From an uncultured Nitrososphaerota archaeon (lineage in GTDB: Archaea > Asgardarchaeota > Njordarchaeia > Njordarchaeales > Panguiarchaeaceae): a DNA stretch of 39,186 nt. How positions within the stretch are numbered: the first letter of the stretch is position 1; each line of letters starts with the position of its first letter. The notes under the pieces were generated by a model that did not search any database, was not told the DNA's origin, and saw only the letters and a program-made list of their open reading frames with translations. Position numbers and translations under genes: made by a program. The stretch covers positions 8,326 through 47,511 of the forward strand of contig CAZWPQ010000015.1 in the NCBI GenBank assembly GCA_964636085.1, in the 5' to 3' direction. Shown piece by piece: positions 1 to 9,941 of this stretch.

Positions 1-126
1 GGATCATGCTGTGCTCTCTTAGCCGTTCGTCGTGGCTCTTCAATAGCCTAGTATGCTCCTCTAGGATCATGCTGTGCTCTCTTAGCCGTTCGTCGTGGCT
101 CTTCAATAGCCTAGTATGTTCCTCCA
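1..126. repeat. 63-bp coding tandem repeat, at least 2 copies
   Basis: ggatcatgctgtgctctcttagccgttcgtcgtggctcttcaatagcctagtatgYtcctcYa at 1-63 and 64-126, with 2 mismatches. It encodes three heptads: EEHTRLL KSHDERL REHSMIL. Confidence 0.95.
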
Positions 127-307
127 ACTTCGAGTCAATGGATTTTAGTATTTCGAGCATAGCCTGGTTCAGTTCCGCCACTAATTCAAGTATCTTCTTT
201 AAATCTCCAAATTTTTTGTCTAGATCCGCTATGCTATCCCTGATCTCACGTAGTAAATCCCCTGCCTTTCGAAATATAAGTCCACTCTCTGACGACAACC
301 CTTCCAC
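1..307 (-). CDS. Partial heptad-repeat coiled-coil protein (runs off the left window edge)
   Basis: Minus frame from GTG at 307 reads MEGLSSESGLIFRKAGDLLREIRDSIADLDKKFGDLKKILELVAELNQAMLEILKSIDSKLEEHTRLLKSHDERLREHSMILEEHTRLLKSHDERLREHSMI with no stop before the edge. The listed + ORF 6..311 is its antisense shadow. Confidence 0.8.
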   Translation of the reverse strand, partial: MEGLSSESGLIFRKAGDLLREIRDSIADLDKKFGDLKKILELVAELNQAMLEILKSIDSKLEEHTRLLKSHDERLREHSMILEEHTRLLKSHDERLREHSMI

Positions 308-540
308 CTAAAATCATAATGAATAGTGCTACACATAATAATAGTTTCTTTAGGGGTTATAAAATGTTAAAGAAATATGATATTGCTGTGGTTATCTGGA
401 ATATTAGGTTTGAAGAAGATTGTGATTATGGTGGAGGAAAATAGGGGATATTATATATTGCTATGAAGATTTGTTATTTTATTTGGTGTTTATCCTAGAG
501 ATATAGAAGACAAATCTTTGCGAGTTGGAATAGTTGATAA

Positions 541-2397
541 GTGTTTTTCATGGATCCACTCTCGTATTTCCCATATAGGCTCAGGTTTGATCAAGAAAAG
601 GTTATACAGAAGCTAATGTATAACCTCCATGAGGGATCCACAATACTTTTTCATGCCCCGACGGGTTATGGGAAGACTGTGGTTGTTTTGGCGGCAGTGT
701 TACCCATTGCATTGGATATGGATGTCCCTATAATCTGGACTGTTAGGACTGGAAATGAGACTGATAGGCCCATAGAGGAATTGAAGATAATATCTAAACA
801 CATCGGCTCGCCGATATATGGAATATCCATACGTGGGAAAAAGGACATGTGTCTCCTAGCGAGAGAAAAGAACATCACGGACTCAGAGGGGGTAAGTGTC
901 TTATGCGAAAAGATGAGGAACAAATGCAGATATTACGAGAATCTAGGCTATTATCCCCCACAATTAGACGAACCGAAAACATTCTCTGAGCTCCTCGATT
1001 TTTGTCGAAGGCATAAGATTTGCCCGTATTTCTACCAATTAAGATCGGCATCCATGGCAACCCTCGTATCTGCAAGCTATAACTATGTATTCTCTAACAG
1101 ATTTAGATGGGCTTTAAGGTCCTATATAGATTATCGAGACGCGATCTTGGTTGTAGATGAGGCGCATAATCTGCAACATGTCATGGCACATATAAATAGT
1201 GACAAAATAACAATCGGAACCGTTGATAGAGCGATAAATGAACTAAAACAATTCCCCATAAGAAAAAGCATTGAATTATTAAAGAAGGTTATAAAGCTCC
1301 GAGACATTCTGATCAAGGAAGGAAGAGAAATAATGGGAGAGGACGACATTTTCGACCCAAAAGAAATAGTTGAGAACTCGGGAATCAACGAGGAGGACTT
1401 CAATACTGCCTGGCGAATAGTATCAAGGATATACTCCAGAAAACTCGCTGAGGGCAAATCGCCAAGATCCTCCCTTAGACATCTTTTTTCATTCCTGTCA
1501 ACAGCTCTTGAGAACCTAAGAAATAGGGGGGTGGCGTTCATAAAGTACAAGGAGAAGAACCAGTATGCATTTGAGGTATGGGATATGCGTGCTTCAGAAA
1601 TCCTTAGGAAAATGTGGAGAATATTCTCTATTAGGATCCTCATGTCTGGGACTCTCAAACCCTTCAAGGCATTTGCTGATGTCGTAGGCGTCAAAAAATA
1701 TAAATCTGTTACTGGGATATTCCCAATACCAAAACAAAATGTGTTACCAATAATACTCAGGGGCGTCACTACAAAGGGTGAAGAGTTACCAGAGAAAATG
1801 CGTAGAAAATATGTAGATGCAATCAAAACGTTGCTAGAGGCGATAGATAGAAACACCGCTGTTTTCTTCTGTAGCTATAGGATAATGAATGCAATGATAG
1901 ATGATATAATTGAGAGCGTGGAAGGAAAGCAATTCTACATAGAAAAGGAGGGAATGAGGGGGGATGAGGCAAAGCATATAGTCCAGAGAATGAGGGAGAG
2001 GAGAGACATAGTTCTCTTAGCAAACATGTCTGGAAGGTTCGCTGAAGGTGTTGATCTGCCTGGAGAAGCCCTGGAGGCAATAATATTGGTGGGTATACCG
2101 TTCGAAAGATTAAACATTAGAACCACAATATACATGGACTACTACAAGGAACTCTATGGGGATGAAAAAGGAACTTACTATTCATACATACTGCCAGCGC
2201 TTAGAAGGGCGGCACAGGCCATGGGGAGAGCAATAAGATCAACTGAAGACAAGGCCATAATTATTGCGGCGGACGAGAGATATGGAGAAAAAAGAAATCT
2301 CGAGTTATTGCCTACATACTTCAGTAGAAATGCAATTAAAGTTGATATAAAAGGAGCAATTCAGCTTATAGAAGAATTCAAAACCAAGTCTAAATAA
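541..2397 (+). CDS. xpd: XPD/Rad3 (DinG family) ATP-dependent DNA helicase, Fe-S type
   Basis: Q motif (RFDQ), Walker A APTGYGKT, Fe-S cysteines (GKKDMC...LC...KC...CPY), DEAH box (VDEAHNL), MSGT, EGVD and QAMGRAIR motifs. Confidence 0.92.
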   Translation: MFFMDPLSYFPYRLRFDQEKVIQKLMYNLHEGSTILFHAPTGYGKTVVVLAAVLPIALDMDVPIIWTVRTGNETDRPIEELKIISKHIGSPIYGISIRGKKDMCLLAREKNITDSEGVSVLCEKMRNKCRYYENLGYYPPQLDEPKTFSELLDFCRRHKICPYFYQLRSASMATLVSASYNYVFSNRFRWALRSYIDYRDAILVVDEAHNLQHVMAHINSDKITIGTVDRAINELKQFPIRKSIELLKKVIKLRDILIKEGREIMGEDDIFDPKEIVENSGINEEDFNTAWRIVSRIYSRKLAEGKSPRSSLRHLFSFLSTALENLRNRGVAFIKYKEKNQYAFEVWDMRASEILRKMWRIFSIRILMSGTLKPFKAFADVVGVKKYKSVTGIFPIPKQNVLPIILRGVTTKGEELPEKMRRKYVDAIKTLLEAIDRNTAVFFCSYRIMNAMIDDIIESVEGKQFYIEKEGMRGDEAKHIVQRMRERRDIVLLANMSGRFAEGVDLPGEALEAIILVGIPFERLNIRTTIYMDYYKELYGDEKGTYYSYILPALRRAAQAMGRAIRSTEDKAIIIAADERYGEKRNLELLPTYFSRNAIKVDIKGAIQLIEEFKTKSK

Positions 2398-2557
2398 TCC
2401 CCATTCATGGATTTTTTAATATATCGGTAGTGGCCGCCTCCTGCCATGTACAGGCATTTGCTTTAGGTATTGTCTACCACATATATGGACTATGAGGAAA
2501 AAATCATACAGAGGTGTTTTTCGTATAATGAAGAATCACTATAAAGTTTGGGGAGGT

Positions 2558-3679
2558 CTAAAAAAGGATAGAACTCCCATTAATACTCCGAATGACACCC
2601 TTTTTCTGCTCCATTATTGGAAGCAACATTTTGTCAAGTTCATGGCTTATTTTTTTAACGATGCTCATATCGACTAATCCAGCCATTACTTTCTCATCTA
2701 TTATAAACCTATCTACTTTCTCTGCTATGGCTCTGACGAGTGTATGTATCGTGTCAGTTACTCTATCAAGAAATAGTATGACATATATGTTCTCTCCTTT
2801 CTCAATTACAACAACACAATCATTTAGCTGTATGCTTTTAAGCTCTTTATTCATTGTTTTCTCCATGAGCTTTATTATGCTCCATATCGCTCCCCCCATA
2901 AGCATGGTGTTTGAGTCGGAAACCTCTCCAAATCCCCATTTATACAATGGTATACCGCCCCCATCGGTGATCAGAAAACCATAGATATTGGGGCTATTTG
3001 AAGTATTTGGAGAAAGTAGTATGTATGAGAGTCTTAGAGATGGCATAAGGATAAGTCCTAAAATGATATATGTAACAAGTAAAATGGACATAGGGATTAG
3101 AAATATATATCCAATGGCTGCCACTATAAGCTCTGCAAAAAGGACGAATATTAATGGTGATAGATACCTTATGTATCCCCCCTTAATCATGCGTTGATCT
3201 TCATTTCTTGCATGCTGAAAATAACCAGACAAGAATAACCAATCTACTAGTGCCAGCGATACCACAAAGATCATGCGGAGAATAAATACAATACGGCTAT
3301 ATGAAAATATTATGGCTTCGTGGGGCGCCGTATAGGATAGGATGGAGAAGGAAATAATGTTCATTGTTATAAGCGAACAAAACAACCCATACGTCGTAGC
3401 GGAGATTTTCTCTTTCATATGGTCTATAAAGTCCGTATATGCCAATACTAAGGCAATCTTAAATGATACATATAGATAAATTATGGAGGGATAATAGAAG
3501 CCCTCACTACCATATGCAAGGACGAATATAGCAACTGTGCAAGCCACGAAAAGAACAAAAACGGTTATTGTTAGACGTAATGATTTAATTTCCATTGATT
3601 TTTTTGTTCCAAGGATCATAAAGTAAGAGAATAATGGAATAAAAAACATATAGATCCATACATTCATTTCCGACACCAT
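2558..3679 (-). CDS. Polytopic membrane protein (about 7 TM) with C-terminal longin/roadblock-like cytoplasmic domain
   Basis: About 220 aa of hydrophobic helices, then IYGFLITDGGGIPLYKW...LMGGAIWSIIKLMEKTMNKELKSIQLNDCVVVIEKGENIYVILFLD, the beta-beta-alpha-beta-beta-beta pattern of longin-like domains. Starts 13 bp after the upstream TPR-like gene. Confidence 0.7.
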   Translation of the reverse strand: MVSEMNVWIYMFFIPLFSYFMILGTKKSMEIKSLRLTITVFVLFVACTVAIFVLAYGSEGFYYPSIIYLYVSFKIALVLAYTDFIDHMKEKISATTYGLFCSLITMNIISFSILSYTAPHEAIIFSYSRIVFILRMIFVVSLALVDWLFLSGYFQHARNEDQRMIKGGYIRYLSPLIFVLFAELIVAAIGYIFLIPMSILLVTYIILGLILMPSLRLSYILLSPNTSNSPNIYGFLITDGGGIPLYKWGFGEVSDSNTMLMGGAIWSIIKLMEKTMNKELKSIQLNDCVVVIEKGENIYVILFLDRVTDTIHTLVRAIAEKVDRFIIDEKVMAGLVDMSIVKKISHELDKMLLPIMEQKKGVIRSINGSSILF

Positions 3680-3692
3680 TCTATTTTATGTT

Positions 3693-5165
3693 TTATACAG
3701 CCTTCAGAGTTTCACCTCTAACGAGCGTATGGGGAATTATAATAAAGCGTTTACTGTTTGCGTTTTTAGTCGAGAATCTTTTTCCCTGCAATAGGTAGGT
3801 GAGTAATATCGTAAGTATAAGGGCTTTGCGGTATTGATCCTTTATCAATTCTAGTATTCTTAGTATATCGAAATATGTTCTCTGCGCTTTCTCATCATTG
3901 CCTGAGCATAGGAATAGATTAAGTGCATTGCCCAACAAATATGCCATATATTCATTCTTGATTTCAAAACCAATACTTTCCCCAAACCTGTTTAGCATCT
4001 CGATGGCATAGTTAATATATCCCCTGCGGGCGATTGTGTTACATAGGTCGCATATTATCTTATTTCTAGATTCTATGCTTTTTACTCTTCCTGCAATAAT
4101 CTTTGGGCAACCAACAATGCCTGACTCCATGCAATCTCGTGCTATATTCAGGAGAATATTATCCCTTAGCTTGCTAGATTCAATTTTTTCTGCATATTTC
4201 AGGGCAGTATTCATGGCCTCGACGAACTTTGATATTTCGCCATATAGATGATAGTATAGCGATAATTCTTTATATAGGAGTGAAAGTATTTCTGGCGATG
4301 CATCCTCTAGCTCTCTGGAGTCTATTATTTTTATAAGAGGCGAAACCTCTGCCTTAAATTCGGGAGATCTCGCCATTCTTAATACATAGATGAGTAATCT
4401 ACATCTTTTATTCCCATTGTGGATCCTTCTTATTATTGTTGATAGTGATGTTAGTATGTCCCTAGACCATTCGTTTAGCCCAGCCTTCTGCATTTTTAGT
4501 GCTATCGCTGCGACTAGTGACAAATTTCTACATATCATGTCGCTGTTAATTTTCTCCATCTTTTCCATTTTAAATTTGTTATTAGTCTCCTTTACTAGAT
4601 CCAGAGACTCTCTAAACAATCTTATTGCTTTGCCATATTTACTGTTTCTTGCATATGCTACGGCTAGATCGGTTTTTAAAAGGATTTTTATGTATGGATT
4701 TGTGATGGAGTCTATACATTCCTCGGCCTTAGGAAGATCTCCTTTTTCTAGGGATAATAATGTTTTGACCCTAAGGATTTCATCTTTCAGACATACGAGT
4801 TTTGGGTTTGGGAGAACACCACTAGTACTATATCCATACTTCTCTAGAAAAGTAGGCCCATTCTCTTCCTCTGCAATACAATAATATGCTTCCTCAAGTA
4901 TTTCCTTTGCCTCATTGTTCAAACCCTTACGCGACAGATCTGCTACTAGATTTCTGACAGCCAAAACAAGTGCATCCTTATCTTCGATTTTCTTGATCCA
5001 GCTCTTGGCATAATTGAGTAAACCCAGCTGGGAAGACATAACAACGAGGGAACTCAAAATTCTGTCCCTGAGTTCTTTTGTCTCTATTTTATTAGCCTCG
5101 ATGAATGCTCTCTTTAAAATCTCTGTTGCGATCCTGTTTATAAGAGGATTCATCCTCACCATCAT
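3693..5165 (-). CDS. TPR-like alpha-helical repeat protein (copy A)
   Basis: Repeated helical units (LAVAYARNSKYGKAIRLFRESLDLV; LSLYYHLYGEISKFVEAMNTALKYAEKI). Start refined to ATG 5165, downstream of GGTGA; the ORF track extends to 5207. Paralogous to 11724..13241. Confidence 0.75.
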   Translation of the reverse strand: MMVRMNPLINRIATEILKRAFIEANKIETKELRDRILSSLVVMSSQLGLLNYAKSWIKKIEDKDALVLAVRNLVADLSRKGLNNEAKEILEEAYYCIAEEENGPTFLEKYGYSTSGVLPNPKLVCLKDEILRVKTLLSLEKGDLPKAEECIDSITNPYIKILLKTDLAVAYARNSKYGKAIRLFRESLDLVKETNNKFKMEKMEKINSDMICRNLSLVAAIALKMQKAGLNEWSRDILTSLSTIIRRIHNGNKRCRLLIYVLRMARSPEFKAEVSPLIKIIDSRELEDASPEILSLLYKELSLYYHLYGEISKFVEAMNTALKYAEKIESSKLRDNILLNIARDCMESGIVGCPKIIAGRVKSIESRNKIICDLCNTIARRGYINYAIEMLNRFGESIGFEIKNEYMAYLLGNALNLFLCSGNDEKAQRTYFDILRILELIKDQYRKALILTILLTYLLQGKRFSTKNANSKRFIIIPHTLVRGETLKAV

Positions 5166-5178
5166 TCCAATCACCCGA

Positions 5179-6963
5179 CTAATAAAGGGGGGATCTTCTA
5201 TAAACACTATGTGTTCGTAGTTTTGTCTTGTTCTCTTTTTCCTTGTATAATAGTGATCCTAATACTGCACTGGAAAGCGATACGGCAAGGAAGTTTACTG
5301 AGGCTGCAATTTTCATTATGTAGGACATTGTCAACAAAAAATCTTTTTCATCTTCAACAATGGTGGCTTCATTGATAATTTCTTTCTGGTCATTATCCTC
5401 ATAGTCCCCAATGTGCTCAGGTTCCTGAATAAAATCCTCGTCATCAGATATTCCGTCGCCGTCTGTATCCACGAGATATGGACTAGTACCATATACATAT
5501 AGTTCTAATTGGTCAGTCAAACCATCACCATCTGTGTCGCCATCAATTTTCAGTGTACGGGATGCAAGTTCGTCCAAAAGCTGTTTATTGCCAATCCCGT
5601 TATATGGAGTAGAGTAGCAGTACATAGTTGTATTAGCGACAAAAATCATCTCGAGAAATCCATCACCATTAATGTCTGCTAGGATACCATTACTTGTTGG
5701 TTCGGCTGTCAGGAGCAAAGAGTCCCAAGAGGATACGTTATAAATGAAATACGCATATGAGTCTGTGAGAAGAAATACATCCACATAACCATCTCCGTCC
5801 AAATCGCAGAGCTCCATATCCTTTATTGATGAACCATTTATAGAGAGTGTAAATATCGGATCCTTGGTATTCCAAACCTCTAATTCTCTATTTAGAGGGT
5901 CATAAAAAATAGCCTCAGGTTTTTCGTCTCCGCTGAAGTTGCCGATGAGAACATAATCAGCAATACCACAATTTATCACAAAATCACCCGACAAATAGCC
6001 ATTACTCTGTGTATTATTATCCTCTCTGAGTCCAGCTAGACCAGTAGAATTATCGACGACTACCTCATCATAGCCATCGCCATCCATATCGCCTATAACA
6101 ACATCGGGAACATCACCAGAGTAAGATATGTTCTCCCCAATTACGCATTTACTGTAATCGACAAAAATGGAGCCACTTGAATTCTGATATATTGGATACA
6201 GCAACACATAATCGTAACCACTAATATTTCTGAGCGCCATCACTAACTGATTCCCACTCAAATATGTAAGGTATGGATTCGATGTATAAGAACATGATTC
6301 AGGATACGACCCTATATTTACAAAATTCCCGTCCTCATCTATCAGGGTCATATGAACGCCATTATCCTCATAGATTCCAGAAAACAATGGGAGAGAAGCA
6401 TTCCCAAAGTAAGATCTCAGTGTTGGTGTCATCGATAATGTAGGCGTAGGGTTATTCCCTATTCTCAAATCTATATATGGTGGTGGCCTAGGAGCGAAAC
6501 GAATAGATTTGGAGATTTTTACGGGGCTCGTCGCGGAGTTTTCAGAGGAACCAATGAAAAGAATATGCAGATAAACATAGTAGCCGTCCCCACTAAGACT
6601 TACAAATTGTTCCAAAGTAACCACAGTCGTGTATACATGCGAAAGGTTACTGCCAAGAAAACCAAAGCCATAATCATAAACATGGATACTAGAATCTATA
6701 TACGAGATAACATCAAAAGACTCAACAATACCTCCTGTACTATTCAGAACGGCAATGTATGTGCCATTCCCCACCACAATATCATACATGGTACCATTAT
6801 GCAATAGGGCAATCGAATTCCCGCCATACATTCCAATATCGCTACTCCATAATAATCCGAAATCCCCACGGTTATTGGTACTCTCCGCGCTTAGCTCCAT
6901 ATGATTATCGCTGATGCAAAGCGTAAGGAACAACAAAATGAATAATAAATATCTACTCATCAT
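5179..6963 (-). CDS. Secreted, C-terminally membrane-anchored FG-GAP/VCBS-repeat protein with DxDxDG Ca-binding (TSP3-like) repeats (copy A)
   Basis: Signal peptide MMSRYLLFILLFLTLC after SD GGAGGGTG (start 6963; ORF track 7110). Repeats IGDMDGDGYDEVVV, IGNFSGDEKPEAIF, LCDLDGDGYVDVFL, LADINGDGFLEMIF; DTDGDGLTD..E...GTSP...DTDGDGISD; C-terminal TM helix and basic tail. Confidence 0.8.
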   Translation of the reverse strand: MMSRYLLFILLFLTLCISDNHMELSAESTNNRGDFGLLWSSDIGMYGGNSIALLHNGTMYDIVVGNGTYIAVLNSTGGIVESFDVISYIDSSIHVYDYGFGFLGSNLSHVYTTVVTLEQFVSLSGDGYYVYLHILFIGSSENSATSPVKISKSIRFAPRPPPYIDLRIGNNPTPTLSMTPTLRSYFGNASLPLFSGIYEDNGVHMTLIDEDGNFVNIGSYPESCSYTSNPYLTYLSGNQLVMALRNISGYDYVLLYPIYQNSSGSIFVDYSKCVIGENISYSGDVPDVVIGDMDGDGYDEVVVDNSTGLAGLREDNNTQSNGYLSGDFVINCGIADYVLIGNFSGDEKPEAIFYDPLNRELEVWNTKDPIFTLSINGSSIKDMELCDLDGDGYVDVFLLTDSYAYFIYNVSSWDSLLLTAEPTSNGILADINGDGFLEMIFVANTTMYCYSTPYNGIGNKQLLDELASRTLKIDGDTDGDGLTDQLELYVYGTSPYLVDTDGDGISDDEDFIQEPEHIGDYEDNDQKEIINEATIVEDEKDFLLTMSYIMKIAASVNFLAVSLSSAVLGSLLYKEKENKTKLRTHSVYRRSPLY

Positions 6964-7513
6964 AGACACCCTCCACAATCCAAATTGACCGCAAGAATGG
7001 GTAGGACCGGAGTATTCAAAAATATATGCGTAAATGCTTTCGAAAAAACAAAATCTGTCCCACCCGAGTTCGGGCCGAATATATAATTCATACCCGACAT
7101 CATCATACACCTCGATCTATAATACATAATCGCTCTGTTTAATATATATAAATTTGGAAAAAGTATTACGAAAAATATTACATCGATATATTTCATTAAA
7201 AAGAAAAATAAAGATTGTGTATATTGCCGATTAATCAGTGGTGTAACTTGGTCCATCAGGAGAAAAATTTTTCTTTTTTAGAATTATATGTAATTATAGT
7301 CTTCGAAAATAATTCATCTAGGGATTTTCCCCTAAATGTGTAAGATTTTCTAATATTGTATATATTTTTGGACCATTTTGTATTACAGTATGACAACTTA
7401 TTAATAACTTCGATACACATTTTCTTGTATTTATGAGAATATATATGTATCAACTTTCGACAATTTTTCGATCTTTATTGAGGGATTATGTGGTGTAGAA
7501 AGTTGAATGAGAT

Positions 7514-7897
7514 ATGATAGATAATTTTAAAGAAGAGGATAAAAGGAAAAAAATTGACGAGATTCTTAATAATGTGTCTATATCGGATATAATATCGCGT
7601 CTATTGAGTGGGCATATTGGTTTAGAATACATATTATATAGTGCGATAGGGAATATACTGGCTTCTAATCAGCGCCACTTAATATATGATAGGTTCCTAG
7701 ATAAGTTGTTGTCGTTATATCCTAGATTTCTTCCAAGGACAAAGTTTGTTGTATTTCTGCTTCCAGCGGAGACTATTGTGGCAAACGTTGGGGAGAGTAC
7801 TGTGGATAGACATGAAGAACGTTATGAGGTAATTGTTCCTCCGTATCGGGATGTTATAGAAAAGGCAGCCATAAGATTGAGGCCTAAAAAACGCTAG
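7514..7897 (+). CDS. Hypothetical protein (127 aa)
   Basis: ATG-initiated ORF with protein-like composition in an AT-rich region; no recognised motif. Confidence 0.6.
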   Translation: MIDNFKEEDKRKKIDEILNNVSISDIISRLLSGHIGLEYILYSAIGNILASNQRHLIYDRFLDKLLSLYPRFLPRTKFVVFLLPAETIVANVGESTVDRHEERYEVIVPPYRDVIEKAAIRLRPKKR

Positions 7898-7925
7898 GTT
7901 TGTTATGTGTTTTTGATATCAAATT

Positions 7926-9131
7926 TTAATCTTCGTATGGCTCGATGATGATTCTTTTTTTACCTGTCGAGTCCTCGATAAATATTGTCTTAACATAATT
8001 CATTCCCGCTAAAAAGTCTCTAACTTCCTCAGCACTTAGATAGAGTGCATTCCCCGCTCCAAATTTCTGTAGTTTTCTTACTTTCTCTGCATAAATTCTT
8101 CCTGTAAAGGCGATACCAGCGCCTGAAACTATCCTTGCCAATGCCCTATATGTGTATACTTCATAGAGTTTTTCATCCATATGTTTTATCACATCGAGGA
8201 TCTCTATAAATCCAAGAATCTTGTACAAGACTTTCTCCATAACTCTATTTTCTTTGCTCGTGATTTTCTCCTCCGTATGTGGGAATGTCACTTTGCTCCT
8301 GCCGATTGGGGTGAGTCTGGATTTTCGGATATACAGGCGTTCAAGTGAATCAGCAATTGATTTCAAGTCATCAATAACTTTGAGTAGCATGTAGGGTTTC
8401 TCTATTATATTATTAATTGCACTGAATGCCCTAGATATAATTTCGATGCGGCTCCCCCCTACCATTTTTCTTAGTTCATTAAGTAGAGACCTTGCATAGT
8501 CCCTTATATCTAAAGGCACGAGCTTTATGCCTTCTTCATCCTCGATTGGCTCGTATACAACATAAATGTTCTTTTTCTCCGAGGCGATGGATAGCCCAGG
8601 GAAATACAAATAATCCATACCCACCTTACTAATGTAGTACCTACCAAACTCATCGGGGAGTGTCATGAATGGGTAGACCATCGTGAGAGCCTCATGTTTT
8701 AACACATCCCTGATTTCATTGATCGACCTAGTAATGATGATTATGACTTCAGAGTTTATCCTGATACCATACCTACAGTACTCCTGATATGTGTACTGGG
8801 GGAAAGATATTGTCAATCGACTAAATAACCTTGCATACCAAAATACTGCCCTATTAATCTGTTCCTCAGACTCGACATCTATATTTGAAAAAACAATCGA
8901 CAATGAATCTCTTTCATCATCAAGGTCAAATTCTACACTACCACGAATCTCCGACTCTAAGATATTCCTAATTGTCCTAGTTATCTGCTTAGGCCTCGGA
9001 GCCTTCTTGAAAGTGATCGCATTAACAATTATTAGCCTTTTTTCTTCAACATCCTGCACGATATTCAGAGGCTCAGGCCTTATTAAGCTACTAGGAACCA
9101 AGACATTCTCTTGCCTGTATTGCTCTAACAT
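7926..9131 (-). CDS. Hypothetical protein with C-terminal AbrB/MazE/SpoVT-like swapped-hairpin segment
   Basis: About 400-aa ORF (likely ATG 9131 after GTGAGG; track 9164). C-terminus VRKLQKFGAGNALYLSAEEVRDFL...KTIFIED...RIIIEP resembles the AbrB-type RKxQxxGxSxxIxLP...IIIEP pattern. Confidence 0.6.
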   Translation of the reverse strand: MLEQYRQENVLVPSSLIRPEPLNIVQDVEEKRLIIVNAITFKKAPRPKQITRTIRNILESEIRGSVEFDLDDERDSLSIVFSNIDVESEEQINRAVFWYARLFSRLTISFPQYTYQEYCRYGIRINSEVIIIITRSINEIRDVLKHEALTMVYPFMTLPDEFGRYYISKVGMDYLYFPGLSIASEKKNIYVVYEPIEDEEGIKLVPLDIRDYARSLLNELRKMVGGSRIEIISRAFSAINNIIEKPYMLLKVIDDLKSIADSLERLYIRKSRLTPIGRSKVTFPHTEEKITSKENRVMEKVLYKILGFIEILDVIKHMDEKLYEVYTYRALARIVSGAGIAFTGRIYAEKVRKLQKFGAGNALYLSAEEVRDFLAGMNYVKTIFIEDSTGKKRIIIEPYED

Positions 9132-9926
9132 TGTCCTCACTACGCGTCTCCTAAAGCATTTCAAAAAAATACTGACTTAATAGTACAATGGCAAAATTTC
9201 ATATATAAATTTTTCCAAAAAATATTATGGATGACGAAATAAAAACATGAAATTCGAAGACACCACAAAATAGAAACAAAAATGAGTTTTAAAGTGGTCA
9301 ATATAAAGACTCAAATATTAAAAACATACATATAAATACATATTCTGATCGATTAAATGGGTAATGAGACGAATTATTAAGGATAACATCCCTGTATGGT
9401 GGCAATAAACTCATGTCATATCTTAGGAAATCATAGATAGTAGCATTCCTTTTTAAACTGGGAGCAACAAAATCTTGTATGTGGCTGCCTGTATCATTGG
9501 GACATTTTAAGAGGCATATGTATTCCGAATCTATATGAGAAAGTGGTGTATTTTGAATAAAACTCCCAAGATCGCTGTATCTGGTATGCCTTAAAATACC
9601 AACAAAATATACTATGTATATGTGGCCTTTTTTAGCCATAACCCCACATCCCACCACACCACGAATGATCTAAGATAAAAGCTACGAAAATCACGAAAGT
9701 TTTATACATTTCACCATACATTATAGTAATACATATGACAGAATTAAAGTCTCTGTAATACTCAAATATGACGTTTTGAATGTGTTCTGTAGTAATACAA
9801 TTGATAGCTATCCCAAAAACATATTATTGGTGATTATATTCTCTATTTTTGTAATATTTTTTGTTATATTTTTTGATAAGTTTTAAATAGGTTATCTTAC
9901 ATAATATATTATATGGAATATTATTA

Positions 9927-9934
9927 GGAGGTGA
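9927..9934 (+). promoter_or_regulatory. Shine-Dalgarno sequence GGAGGTGA
   Basis: Archaeal-type SD 7 nt upstream of ATG 9942; the same octamer occurs at 11711-11718 before the next gene. Confidence 0.75.
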
Positions 9935-9941
9935 GCCCCTT

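Noticed and set aside
6-311. + strand 101-aa ORF
   Set aside because: Ser/Leu/Phe-rich antisense shadow of the minus-strand coiled-coil gene. The same applies to most short overlapping ORFs in the track (e.g. 1131..1856, 4390..4884, 21648..22151, 36789..37406).
6964-7513. Cluster of (T)TCGA motifs as iterons or an origin
   Set aside because: Only 4-5 bp shared, irregular spacing, no ORB-like G-string and no adjacent cdc6.
9298-9657. 119-aa minus-strand ORF in the spacer
   Set aside because: No motif or clear SD and atypical composition; cannot be supported as a gene, though not excluded.
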